This document shows positions 40,734 to 50,429 of a stretch of 64,000 bases of DNA, piece by piece. The notes under the pieces are model-generated. The model was not told where the DNA came from. It made no database searches and saw only the letters and a program-made list of their open reading frames with translations. The stretch's first letter is position 1, and each line of letters starts with the position of its first letter. Location: positions 16,021 through 80,020 of the forward strand of contig JACPPD010000007.1 of assembly GCA_016191145.1 (NCBI GenBank), in the 5' to 3' direction. This DNA comes from Ignavibacteria bacterium (GTDB lineage: Bacteria > Bacteroidota > Ignavibacteria > Kapaibacteriales > Kapaibacteriaceae). The translations under genes were made by a program, and so were the position numbers.

Positions 40734-42248
40734 GTGAAAAAAAGTGAGCCGTTAAACTTATTCTCTACTTCAACTTCAATTGCAGAGGCAGGAATTACAT
40801 CGATCGAGCGGCAAGGACGCATGGAAAGAAGCGGCGGATCTTCTGATGCCGAGACCCTTTGGGCACGGTGCCTGGAAATCATTCGCGACAACGTGTCGGA
40901 GCAAGTTTTTAAAACTTGGTTCGAACAAATACGCCCGCAAGGTTGGGATGGTGTGCAACTGACAGTTGATCTCCCAAGTCAGTTTTTTTATGAATGGATC
41001 GAAGAACACTATTCTTCACTTATTAAAAAAACTGTACAAAAAGTTCTTGGAGCGAAAGCAAAACTTCAGTACCAGGTTGTTGTTGACGAAGGTGAATCTG
41101 CGCCTGACCAGAGAACGATAAAACTCCCCGCATTCAGGGGGCAATCGCAGCAGTCAATGCAGTTTGGGCAGCAGCAACAAGCTGTACCAGGCTCACCCAC
41201 TCAGGGGAATACAACTCACTTCCCATCATATTTCAATCCGAGATATACGTTCGAGAATTTCATCCGCGGCGAGAACAATCAGCTCGCAACATCTGCTGCA
41301 ATGGCAGTTGCCGATAATCCCGGTAAGACGCGTTACAATCCGCTTGTTATCTATGGTCCCACAGGTCTTGGCAAGACGCACCTTGTACAAGCCATAGGCA
41401 ACCGCGTTCTTCAGCGCAACAGAAATGCTAAGGTACTCTATACAAACTCTGAAAAGTTTACAATGGAGTATATCAACGCCATCCAGACAAATAAACTTCC
41501 CGAGTTCACAAACTTCTATCGCGGTGTAGATGTTCTAATTGTTGATGATATTCAGTTTTTAGGGGGCAAGGAACGTACACAAGACATGTTCTTCCATACG
41601 TTCAATGCTTTGCATCAATCGGGCAAGCAGGTTATCCTTACAAGCGATAAACAGCCAAAGGACCTTGCCGACGTCGATGAACGGCTCATCTCCAGATTCC
41701 AATGGGGATTGACTGCTGATATTCAGCCCCCCGACTTTGAGACGCGCATGGCTATCCTCCAGCAAAAGGCCATGGAAGAGGGCGTAGACCTCGAAGGTGA
41801 TATCATGGAGTACATTGCCCGGCATATCACAACAAGCGTTCGTGAAATTGAAGGCTGTTTGATTTCTTTACTGGCTAAGGTAACACTCGATAACCGCCCG
41901 CTCAATCTAGACCTTGCAAAGGAAGTTGTGCGGAGCGTTACAAACGCACCTGCTTCTCGGCAGTTGTCAATCGAAGAGATTAAACAGGAAGTGTCGGCAT
42001 ACTACAATCAAACTGTCGATTCGTTGTCGGCCAAAACGCGTAAGCACGAAGTTGTGCTGGCGCGCCAGATGTGCATGTACCTGGCTAAGCAGCTCACGCA
42101 GATGTCGCTGAAGAGTATTGGAATGCACTTCGGAGGCAGGGATCATACAACAGTGCTGCACTCATGTCAGCAGATCCTGAATTATATCGACACCGATCGC
42201 AAGGTCCGCCAGGATGTAGAATTCCTGAAGAAAGCGCTTCGGAGTTAA
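40734..42248 (+). CDS. dnaA: Chromosomal replication initiator
   Basis: FKTWF, YTFENF, YGPTGLGKTHL, VDDIQFL and FGGRDHTTVLH. The start could alternatively be ATG 40821. Confidence 0.98.
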   Translation: MKKSEPLNLFSTSTSIAEAGITSIERQGRMERSGGSSDAETLWARCLEIIRDNVSEQVFKTWFEQIRPQGWDGVQLTVDLPSQFFYEWIEEHYSSLIKKTVQKVLGAKAKLQYQVVVDEGESAPDQRTIKLPAFRGQSQQSMQFGQQQQAVPGSPTQGNTTHFPSYFNPRYTFENFIRGENNQLATSAAMAVADNPGKTRYNPLVIYGPTGLGKTHLVQAIGNRVLQRNRNAKVLYTNSEKFTMEYINAIQTNKLPEFTNFYRGVDVLIVDDIQFLGGKERTQDMFFHTFNALHQSGKQVILTSDKQPKDLADVDERLISRFQWGLTADIQPPDFETRMAILQQKAMEEGVDLEGDIMEYIARHITTSVREIEGCLISLLAKVTLDNRPLNLDLAKEVVRSVTNAPASRQLSIEEIKQEVSAYYNQTVDSLSAKTRKHEVVLARQMCMYLAKQLTQMSLKSIGMHFGGRDHTTVLHSCQQILNYIDTDRKVRQDVEFLKKALRS

Positions 42249-42258
42249 CTACTTTCCT

Positions 42259-43353
42259 TTACCACTGTCCTTTAAAGAACATTGCAGCTAACTGCAATTG
42301 TCCAACCGAGACAAATGCAATGTAGGGGCCACTGGTGTAGCCTAAGACGTCCAGTGTTGCATGGCCTGAGGTGGTGCTAACGATTGCAGGTATCGTCAGC
42401 CTTCCCACGACGTCGTAAACAACTATATTATCGGCAATTCCCAGCTCCGCAGAATAATCCACCTGCACAACGTTTCCCACTGAACTCGCTGATGCCTTCA
42501 GCCGTGATTTATCGAAATTCGTAGAAGTCGATGCTGAGCCGTCTGCGATTCCAGTGGTTTGCGTCCGGTTTAGCACATACCAGCCTACTGCATCAAACGC
42601 ACCGGACATCCTGTAATCAAATAAAATCTGATTGTAACCATAGTTACCATCAATATTTATTACAACATTTAGGGTCGAATAAGTAATAGCGCCAGTTATT
42701 TTACCATTGGAAAATGTAATAGTGCCGGAAAATGGTTCGTCCATCGTCATCGTGGCAGTATTCAGAACTGGGTCAAATGGGCCAGTCCCCGTCATTGTAA
42801 TTGGAGCCGGATTTCCAAATGCGCCTTCCATTGTAATCGAACCAAATATTGTCTGATTCACATAATCAAGTTGGAGGTTAGCACTCCCCGGACCCTGAGT
42901 ATCAAATGTCTTGTTTGTCCAGGTACCGTTCCATTCAGATGATATAAAGCTTGGCGTCGTTTCCGATGGATTGGGAAAGGCGATGTCGGTAAAGTCTGTG
43001 TTGTGGGCAAAATTGATTGTCACAGAGTCCAACACCGGCGGTATCAAAAGTCTCCACGCATGATCGGTTGGAGGTGGTTCGTACCGTCCATTCCCGTTCA
43101 GGTCTATGAAAAAATCAATCTTGTAAGGCGCACCTGAAAGCAGTGCAAGAATAGACACCGACAACTCCGGGGAATCGATCATTGTCTTTATTGATGCGGC
43201 TTCCCATACTTGCGTTGATGAGTTGTCAACTATCCGCACATAGAGCCACTTCCCCACATGCGGACCCATCCCCGAGAAATTCATATTTAATCGATACTGA
43301 GCTGTAAGGCTAATGCCAGACAATGCAACAATCGCAAGGAATATGCATTTCAT
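42259..43353 (-). CDS. Secreted protein with a T9SS-CTD-like C-terminus
   Basis: Signal peptide MKCIFLAIVALSGISLTA-Q and DLNGNG...PPTDHAW. C-terminus VYDVVGR...SGPYIAFV...AMFFK. Confidence 0.75.
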   Translation of the reverse strand: MKCIFLAIVALSGISLTAQYRLNMNFSGMGPHVGKWLYVRIVDNSSTQVWEAASIKTMIDSPELSVSILALLSGAPYKIDFFIDLNGNGRYEPPPTDHAWRLLIPPVLDSVTINFAHNTDFTDIAFPNPSETTPSFISSEWNGTWTNKTFDTQGPGSANLQLDYVNQTIFGSITMEGAFGNPAPITMTGTGPFDPVLNTATMTMDEPFSGTITFSNGKITGAITYSTLNVVINIDGNYGYNQILFDYRMSGAFDAVGWYVLNRTQTTGIADGSASTSTNFDKSRLKASASSVGNVVQVDYSAELGIADNIVVYDVVGRLTIPAIVSTTSGHATLDVLGYTSGPYIAFVSVGQLQLAAMFFKGQW

Positions 43354-43407
43354 TGTTTTTGCCTTTGAATGGTTGCACAAATTAAACGGAAAATTCAATC
43401 CCAGCGC

Positions 43408-43545
43408 TCATTTTAAGAGCATTGCATTCATCCTTGTGCCTTTAACATCAAACAGCACTCCATACACTCCATTAGGCAGCCTTGTGATGTCTACATCGGC
43501 ATTCCCGGGCAGTGACTGAACCAGTGGGGGCAGTACAAATCGCCG
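43408..43545 (-). pseudogene. Orphan 3' fragment encoding a T9SS-CTD end, homologous to the neighbouring gene
   Basis: Translates as RRFVLPPLVQSLPGNADVDITRLPNGVYGVLFDVKGTRMNAMLLK*, with an in-frame TAG a few codons upstream. It aligns without gaps to the end of 42259..43353. Confidence 0.65.
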
Positions 43546-43739
43546 ATGGTGCCGTTTATTATAATTCTACAAATAGCACTAGGTTTTGTGAATCTCCAGG
43601 GCTTCTTACTTTATAGCAAGACTGTGGTTTGTTTTTTGCATGCATGCTAAGAAAGCAGTTATTGCGCATGTATTGGGTGAACAGGCTGCAGACAGATGCT
43701 GTAATTCTATCTATAAGGTTAATTCACTACATAACTCGT

Positions 43740-44129
43740 TCAGCGAGCCGGAGGGATATTGATAACTACTCTGAAATGCTGCTCTGGCCCGGGAGGGTCG
43801 GTGGTAATAGTGTAGTCTACAAATACAACCGGATCCGTTATGTGATTTGCGTTGATCATAACGTAAAACTTTCCCGGAATACTATCGTGGGCCACCGGTT
43901 GTTGAACCGTTGCTGAACCGCAACGACACGACCCTTCGATTCGGGTAATACGAATTGTGTCGCCTGTGTTGCTATAAAAATTTATCATACGATTCACAAA
44001 TCCGGTACTGTCCCTTGTTTCTACGAGAATTGGGGGATCGAACGAAATCGTTGCAGGATGAGTCTTCTGTCCTGTTGACACCTGTCCGCCCATCATGCCG
44101 ATGATAAAGGATAGTAGAATGGCAACCAT
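43740..44129 (-). CDS. DUF1573-like secreted Ig-fold protein
   Basis: Hydrophobic N-terminus. FYSNTGDTIRITRIEGSCRCG resembles the N-TG...SCGC motif. Confidence 0.55.
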   Translation of the reverse strand: MVAILLSFIIGMMGGQVSTGQKTHPATISFDPPILVETRDSTGFVNRMINFYSNTGDTIRITRIEGSCRCGSATVQQPVAHDSIPGKFYVMINANHITDPVVFVDYTITTDPPGPEQHFRVVINIPPAR

Positions 44130-44131
44130 GG

Positions 44132-44872
44132 TTATTTCTGTTCGGAGATGATTTGCTGATATACCTGGGTAAAATCGTAAAAGCCTTGTTTCCGATGAAT
44201 CCAACGCGCCGCCATTAATGCCCCCCTTGCAAATCCCGATCTGTCCTTGGCGGTGTGCGTTAATTCGATTGAGTCTGACGTACCGTCGACGATTACCGTG
44301 TGTTTGCCAACAATCTCACCGCCTCTCGTCGACGTTACATGCAGATGGTGCGGATCGATCTTGGAATGTTGCGTTTCGGTATCTAACGCAGTCTTTCGGC
44401 GAATTTCTTCAAGCAAAATATTTGCAGCAGTGAGGGCTGTACCGCTTGGACTGTCCTTCTTTCTCTTGTGATGCCATTCGTGCATTACCACGTCGTATTC
44501 ATTTACGTCGTTAGCAAGGATTCCAACGGCGCGCACGAGTCGGAAAAACATCTGTACACCAACGGAAAAATTCGACCCCCAAATAACTCCGTTGTTAGCT
44601 TCTTGTTGCAGATGCCTGAGAATGTGTAAATGCTCATACCAGCCCGTTGTCCCAATCACGAGGTCCTTACCCATTGCGCAAACATTCCTTGCATTATCAA
44701 CTGCTGCCGCGGGTTCGGTAAAATCGATGGCAACATCGAAATCTGTAAACGTACCTTTTGTTAGGGGGCGATCAACATCATACACCGAAACAACTTCGCA
44801 CCTGTAATCGGCAGCGAAGCGTTGAACTTCGTGACCCATCGATCCATAACCAAGGAGAGCAAGTTTCGTCAT
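44132..44872 (-). CDS. dapB: 4-hydroxy-tetrahydrodipicolinate reductase
   Basis: GYGSMG, IDFT, IGTTGW, NFSVGV and EWHHKRKKDSPSGTA. Confidence 0.96.
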   Translation of the reverse strand: MTKLALLGYGSMGHEVQRFAADYRCEVVSVYDVDRPLTKGTFTDFDVAIDFTEPAAAVDNARNVCAMGKDLVIGTTGWYEHLHILRHLQQEANNGVIWGSNFSVGVQMFFRLVRAVGILANDVNEYDVVMHEWHHKRKKDSPSGTALTAANILLEEIRRKTALDTETQHSKIDPHHLHVTSTRGGEIVGKHTVIVDGTSDSIELTHTAKDRSGFARGALMAARWIHRKQGFYDFTQVYQQIISEQK

Positions 44873-44900
44873 ATCGTTGAGTTAGAACACAGTAGATTAA

Positions 44901-45617
44901 TTATATCGCCGCTTCCGACCGCGGCGATTCTATTTCCTGCGATGCTGGTGCACCGATTACTCTTCTTTGCAACACTCCTTCTTCGAGTGTATAGCGCTGT
45001 GCCTGAGAAAATTTTGCTGCGAACGAATTGCTGTGAGTCGAAGCAATTAACCCAACGCCCGTGTTCACTGCTGTTTGCAATTTTTGAGCTACCATCGTCG
45101 CCGTTGAATCATCGAGTGTTCCGGTTGGTTCGTCTGCTATAATCACACTTGGATTCATTGCCAATGCGCGTGCAAGCGCCACAAGGTGGCGCTCGCCCCC
45201 TGACAACTGACGCGGTAGCTTAGATCTGATGTAACTGATGCCGAGATCGGCAAACAGTTCAAGAGCAAGGTTGTTTGCCTCTGAGCGTGTAAAGCCTCGG
45301 AGTGCGAACGGCATGAGAACATTTTCGAATGCAGTGTAATCGCTCACCAGCCTACAATCCTGCTGAACAATTCCGAGTTTACGGCGAAGCTCGCGGCGCG
45401 ACCTGGCCTTCATGGCCTTTGTTGGCATGTTGTCTATATACACATGCCCGCTAGACGGAATGATGTCGGCATACAATAAACGGAGCAGCGTTGTCTTGCC
45501 GGCACCGGTGGCGCCCATTAACATCATTACGCCGATGCCATCGTATTCGAATGATACATCACTGATGGCAGCGATGCCCGAATACTCAACTGATACCTTG
45601 TCGAATCGAAACTGCAT
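44901..45617 (-). CDS. FtsE-like ABC ATP-binding protein
   Basis: GATGAGKTT, LRRKLGIVQQDCRL, LSGGE and ADEPTG. Confidence 0.8.
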   Translation of the reverse strand: MQFRFDKVSVEYSGIAAISDVSFEYDGIGVMMLMGATGAGKTTLLRLLYADIIPSSGHVYIDNMPTKAMKARSRRELRRKLGIVQQDCRLVSDYTAFENVLMPFALRGFTRSEANNLALELFADLGISYIRSKLPRQLSGGERHLVALARALAMNPSVIIADEPTGTLDDSTATMVAQKLQTAVNTGVGLIASTHSNSFAAKFSQAQRYTLEEGVLQRRVIGAPASQEIESPRSEAAI

Positions 45618-45620
45618 GAT

Positions 45621-46691
45621 TCAGATTTCTGCTGAAATCGTTGGTTCTAAAGGGGCTCGGTGCGACAAAAGTATTGCGATTGGCTGAGTTAATTGGAAGT
45701 GCTCCATTATGGTAACAAGTATTGCCATGATTGGAACGGATAAAATCATTCCTACAATACCCCACATCCATCCCCAGAACACGAGTGTGAACAACACAAC
45801 TGTAGGGCTGAGGTTTAATGTGATACCCATTGCGCGCGGTTCGAGGACGTTTCCAATGATGTTGTGCAGAACAACCAGGATGGCAACAATCAGGATGGCG
45901 TGCGGCAGACTCCCAAACTGTATGAGCGCAACAATTCCAGGAATAACTGTAGTTATGAACGACCCAATGTTTGGGATATAGTTAAACAGAAAAGCTAATA
46001 GCCCGAGTAATGGAGCAAAGTCGACACTAAATATTGATAATACTGCAAACTGAACCATACCATTTATCAGGTTGAAAATGGTCTTTATGCGTAAATACTT
46101 CAGAACCTTTTCATTGATGGACGCATAAACCGCACCTAGCTCAGGCATTTGCATCAACCGCAGTGCAGCACCCTGCTTGGCTGGATAATATTCGGCGCCC
46201 AACGTCATGAACACAATGTAGAGCAACACCAGCGCTCCGTCGGCAATGACTGATAAGGCAGAGCCAACCGATGAAGTGAGAATGCCCACAACATTTTCTG
46301 ATGTAAAAAATTTGTCAAGTTTTAAAACAGTGGGTCTCCCAAGAATCTGTCCCGTGGTTCGCCCCGCAATTCGCTGAATGTCCGCAATCAGCGACCGAAT
46401 CTTCTGCGTGTACTCTGGCGTTTTGTCAATAATAGATTCGATGCCGAATGAGATAATCAAACTCAAGCCCCATATCGCTGCGGCCGAAATGATGAGAACA
46501 ATTATCAATCCTGCCCATGTTGGTGCGCCTCGCTGACGCAGCATCGAGATCAGCGGCTTGAACAATACTGTAAGAAATGCTGCAAGAACGAACGGAATGA
46601 GGATATCGCGAAGCACATACATCACTGCCGCCACTCCGATAACGGCAATGATCAGCGTAGATATTCCAATGTTTCTTGTTGTGTTATCCAT
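45621..46691 (-). CDS. AI-2E family transporter
   Basis: IPFVLAAFL, NYIPNIGS, GNVLEPR and WGWMWGIVGMILSVP. Confidence 0.92.
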   Translation of the reverse strand: MDNTTRNIGISTLIIAVIGVAAVMYVLRDILIPFVLAAFLTVLFKPLISMLRQRGAPTWAGLIIVLIISAAAIWGLSLIISFGIESIIDKTPEYTQKIRSLIADIQRIAGRTTGQILGRPTVLKLDKFFTSENVVGILTSSVGSALSVIADGALVLLYIVFMTLGAEYYPAKQGAALRLMQMPELGAVYASINEKVLKYLRIKTIFNLINGMVQFAVLSIFSVDFAPLLGLLAFLFNYIPNIGSFITTVIPGIVALIQFGSLPHAILIVAILVVLHNIIGNVLEPRAMGITLNLSPTVVLFTLVFWGWMWGIVGMILSVPIMAILVTIMEHFQLTQPIAILLSHRAPLEPTISAEI

Positions 46692-46757
46692 TGGGGGGCA
46701 ATATAGCGTTCACTTCAATGCCTATTTTCGAGTCCCTTTTTCTAACCGGAGATTTTG

Positions 46758-47732
46758 ATGCAGCGCGGACCGATATCACAGTTCATCGAAAATGAGTTCC
46801 TTCATTTTAACGCGGCAGCGTTAGTCGATGCTGCAAAAGGGTACGAACGGCACCTGGCAGATGGTGGAAGGATGATGATCACTCTCGCTGGAGCCATGAG
46901 TACTGCCGAGTTGGGAAAGTCGTTGGCGGAAATGATACGTCGGGACAAAGTGCAGATTATCTCCTGCACCGGAGCAAACCTCGAAGAGGACATCATGAAT
47001 CTTGTTGCGCACAACAGTTACAAACGTGTGCCGCATTATCGCGACCTTTCACCGCAGGATGAATGGGAATTGCTTGAAGGGGGCTTCAACCGCGTTACCG
47101 ACACTTGTATTCCCGAAGAGGAGGCATTCCGACGCATACAGCAGAACATCTTCAAACAATGGAAGAACACTCAGGACACGGGCGAGCGATACTTTCCTCA
47201 CGAGTACATGTATAAGCTGTTACTGTCGGGTGATATGAAGGAGCACTACGAGATCGATACCAGGGACTCATGGATGATTGCGGCAGCGGAACGAAACCTC
47301 CCCATCATCGTGCCGGGATGGGAAGATTCTACCATGGGCAACATATTCGCATCGTATTGTATCAAGGGTGAGTTGCAGCCATCCATCATGAAGAGCGGTA
47401 TCGAATACATGATCTATCTCTCCGACTGGTACAAGCAGAACTCGTCTGGTAAAGGCGTTGGCTTCTTTCAAATTGGAGGGGGCATTGCAGGCGACTTCCC
47501 AATCTGCGTAGTCCCGATGATGTATCAGGACCTCGGCCTGCACGACGTTCCATTCTGGAGCTATTTCTGTCAGATATCCGATTCCACCACTTCGTATGGG
47601 TCTTACTCAGGAGCCGTACCTAACGAAAAGATTACATGGGGCAAACTCGGGATCGACACGCCAAAATTTGTAATTGAATCCGATGCCACCATCGTTGCCC
47701 CATTGATTTTTGCCTGGCTGATGAATCGCTAA
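46758..47732 (+). CDS. Deoxyhypusine synthase-like protein (polyamine/homospermidine synthesis type)
   Basis: HFNAAAL, LAGAMSTAELG, TGANLEED, GGGIAGDF, SYSGAVPNEKITWGK and ESDATI. Confidence 0.9.
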   Translation: MQRGPISQFIENEFLHFNAAALVDAAKGYERHLADGGRMMITLAGAMSTAELGKSLAEMIRRDKVQIISCTGANLEEDIMNLVAHNSYKRVPHYRDLSPQDEWELLEGGFNRVTDTCIPEEEAFRRIQQNIFKQWKNTQDTGERYFPHEYMYKLLLSGDMKEHYEIDTRDSWMIAAAERNLPIIVPGWEDSTMGNIFASYCIKGELQPSIMKSGIEYMIYLSDWYKQNSSGKGVGFFQIGGGIAGDFPICVVPMMYQDLGLHDVPFWSYFCQISDSTTSYGSYSGAVPNEKITWGKLGIDTPKFVIESDATIVAPLIFAWLMNR

Positions 47733-47811
47733 ACGGCAAACCAAAAAACCATTTAGCGGCGAGATATGGCGTATTTTTGCCCCTTCCATTTTCTTTATCC
47801 GCGCACCAAGT

Positions 47812-49605
47812 ATGACTCCACTGCTCGAAGTTCACGGACTTACAACTGAATTCACGTCGGATAAAGAAATTGTCAAGGCTGTAAACGATGCTTCGTTTAC
47901 TGTGGTACGCGGTAGAACATTGGGCATCGTGGGAGAATCGGGCTCCGGGAAATCGGTAACAAGCCTAAGCGTAATGCGATTGATATCCACGCCTCCCGGT
48001 AGAATTTCATCGGGACGAGTACTGTTTCATGAAAAGAGCGGAGCTGTTACTGATTTGCTGGCGCTGCCGGAAGAAACGATGCGCACGTATCGCGGTAATC
48101 GCATCGCAATGATCTTTCAGGAACCCATGACGTCGCTGAACCCGGTGTTTACCTGCGGCGATCAGATTGTGGAAGCAATCCGCTTGCACCAGAATGTTGG
48201 TAAAGACGAAGCACGACGCAGAACACTCGACCTGCTAAAGGAAGTAAAGCTGCCGCGGCCTGAGTCGATGATGACGTCGTATCCGCATCAATTGTCAGGG
48301 GGCCAGAAGCAGCGCGTAATGATTGCCATGGCAATGTCGTGTAATCCGGATTTACTGATTGCCGACGAGCCTACAACGGCTCTCGATGTTACGGTACAGG
48401 CTACAATTCTGGATCTGATGCGTCAGCTGCAAAAAAATCACCACATGTCGATGATGTTTATAACACACGACCTGGGAGTGATTGCAGAGATAGCAGACGA
48501 TGTTATCGTTATGTACAAAGGACGCATCGTTGAACACGGCACCATTCAACAGATTTTTGAAAATCCTCAGCATCCCTATACGAAAGGGTTGCTGGCATGC
48601 AGACCCCGTCTGGACAAGAAGTTGAAGATTCTGCCAACGGTTCGAGATTTTATGGATGAGACGGATGACGGAACAATAACTGAACGATCGCACGACAACG
48701 TGGATGCTGTTGTCCACCAACTGGAGTTCACACCTGCTGAAATTCAGGAACGCAATGAACATCTTGCATCAACGCAGCCTCTGCTTGATGTTAAAGATCT
48801 TGAAGTTCACTTTCCTATTAAAAGTGGAATGTTTGGGAAAACAACTGGCTTTGTGAAAGCTGTAGATTGTATCACATTCAATGTGAAGCCGGGTGAAACG
48901 CTTGGTCTCGTTGGTGAGTCGGGCTGCGGTAAGACTACTGCAGGACGTGCCATACTCCGGCTGGTTGAGCCAACGGGAGGCAATGTCATCTTTGATGGGA
49001 AAGATGTTGGCAGCTTGCAACAGGCAAGCCTGAAGACGTTGAGGCGGGACTTTCAGATAATTTTTCAGGACCCCTATTCCTCGTTAAACCCACGGCTGAG
49101 TGTTGGCAGTACCATATTGGAGGTACTGAAGGTACACGGAATTGGAGCCAACGAAAAAGACAGGAAGGATCAGGTTTTATACCTGCTTGATAAGGTTAAC
49201 CTCCTTCCACGCCACTTCAACAATTATGCGCATGAATTTTCGGGCGGGCAGCGTCAGCGGATTTGCATCGCGCGCGCGCTTGCGCTCAAGCCGAAGTTGC
49301 TGATATGCGATGAATCTGTAAGTGCGCTCGATGTTTCAGTTCAAGCCCAGGTGCTCAACCTACTGGTGGCGCTGCGCGATGAGTTTAAACTCACATACAT
49401 TTTTATTTCTCACGACTTGAGTGTGGTAAAATTTATCAGCGACAGAATTGCAGTGATGAATGCGGGCAAGATCGTCGAAATGGGAACAGCCAACGAAATC
49501 TATGCGTCGCCGATGCAAGACTACACGCGAGGTTTAATCGATGCAATCCCATTAGGTACGCTCGAAGCAATCCAAAAGCGAATAACTGAGCGGTCTGCAG
49601 CCTAA
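47812..49605 (+). CDS. Peptide/nickel-type ABC transporter, fused double ATPase
   Basis: Two GESGxGK Walker A motifs, [27 protein letters not shown] and HPYT. A TATTTTTG element lies at 47772-47779. Confidence 0.93.
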   Translation: MTPLLEVHGLTTEFTSDKEIVKAVNDASFTVVRGRTLGIVGESGSGKSVTSLSVMRLISTPPGRISSGRVLFHEKSGAVTDLLALPEETMRTYRGNRIAMIFQEPMTSLNPVFTCGDQIVEAIRLHQNVGKDEARRRTLDLLKEVKLPRPESMMTSYPHQLSGGQKQRVMIAMAMSCNPDLLIADEPTTALDVTVQATILDLMRQLQKNHHMSMMFITHDLGVIAEIADDVIVMYKGRIVEHGTIQQIFENPQHPYTKGLLACRPRLDKKLKILPTVRDFMDETDDGTITERSHDNVDAVVHQLEFTPAEIQERNEHLASTQPLLDVKDLEVHFPIKSGMFGKTTGFVKAVDCITFNVKPGETLGLVGESGCGKTTAGRAILRLVEPTGGNVIFDGKDVGSLQQASLKTLRRDFQIIFQDPYSSLNPRLSVGSTILEVLKVHGIGANEKDRKDQVLYLLDKVNLLPRHFNNYAHEFSGGQRQRICIARALALKPKLLICDESVSALDVSVQAQVLNLLVALRDEFKLTYIFISHDLSVVKFISDRIAVMNAGKIVEMGTANEIYASPMQDYTRGLIDAIPLGTLEAIQKRITERSAA

Positions 49606-49610
49606 GAGTT

Positions 49611-50399
49611 ATGATACAGCTTCGCGGTGTTAAAAAATCATTTGGTCAGAACGAAGTTCTCAAGGGAATCGACCTTGATGTACCTTCAGGTGGGACGATG
49701 TGCATCATCGGTAAATCGGGATGCGGTAAAAGTGTGCTGCTAAAGCAAATCGTTGGTTTACTCGATGCCGACAGCGGAACGATTATTATTGATGGTAATG
49801 ATATTCAGCACATCAGCAGCAGCAAGCTATTTGATCTTCGAAGAAGAATTGGCTTTGTGTTCCAAGGGGCTGCGTTATTTGACTCGCTTACCGTTTTTGA
49901 AAATGTGGTAATCAGCCTTGTTGAACACGGTGAGCAAAACACCGGGTTATTAGAAAGCGAAGCTCGAAGGGTGCTGAGCGCCGTGGGTCTCCTGCCTGAG
50001 CTTGACCATGATGGGTCCGCGATGTACGAGAGGGCATTTCAGCTTCTCAGAAATAAAAAACCGGGTGATCTCTCCGGCGGGATGCGTAAACGCGTGGGCG
50101 TAGCACGCGCACTCGTTGGTGAGCCAGACTACATTTTTTACGACGAGCCTACAACCGGGCTGGATCCAATTACGTCGCAGCAAATCGATGACCTTGTTGG
50201 AGATCTGGCACGTAAACTTAGCGTCACCTCGGTGGTGATTACCCACGACATGTTCAGCGTTTTTAATGTGGCCGACCACGTGGCAATGATCAACGATGGC
50301 ATTATTCAGTTTCAGGGAACAGTACCCGAAATGCGTGCGTGCCAGGATGAGGTTGTTGTAGACTTCCTGTCGCGCTATGTGGCAGAAGGCTTTAGGTAA
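49611..50399 (+). CDS. MlaF/Mkl-family ABC ATP-binding protein
   Basis: GKSGCGKS, FQGAALFDSL, LSGGMRKRVG and YDEPTTGLDP. Confidence 0.88.
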   Translation: MIQLRGVKKSFGQNEVLKGIDLDVPSGGTMCIIGKSGCGKSVLLKQIVGLLDADSGTIIIDGNDIQHISSSKLFDLRRRIGFVFQGAALFDSLTVFENVVISLVEHGEQNTGLLESEARRVLSAVGLLPELDHDGSAMYERAFQLLRNKKPGDLSGGMRKRVGVARALVGEPDYIFYDEPTTGLDPITSQQIDDLVGDLARKLSVTSVVITHDMFSVFNVADHVAMINDGIIQFQGTVPEMRACQDEVVVDFLSRYVAEGFR

Positions 50400-50429
50400 T
50401 CTGTAACGAACCGCCGTTCCAATAAGTCA

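Noticed and set aside
43546-43739. AT-rich intergenic region near dnaA as oriC
   Set aside because: Only weak DnaA-box-like strings with two or more mismatches are present, so the call cannot be supported without skew analysis.
44901-50399. Three ABC ATPases without permeases as a novel transport system
   Set aside because: They belong to three unrelated known families (FtsE-like, peptide-type, MlaF-like). Scattered ABC subunits are common in this group.
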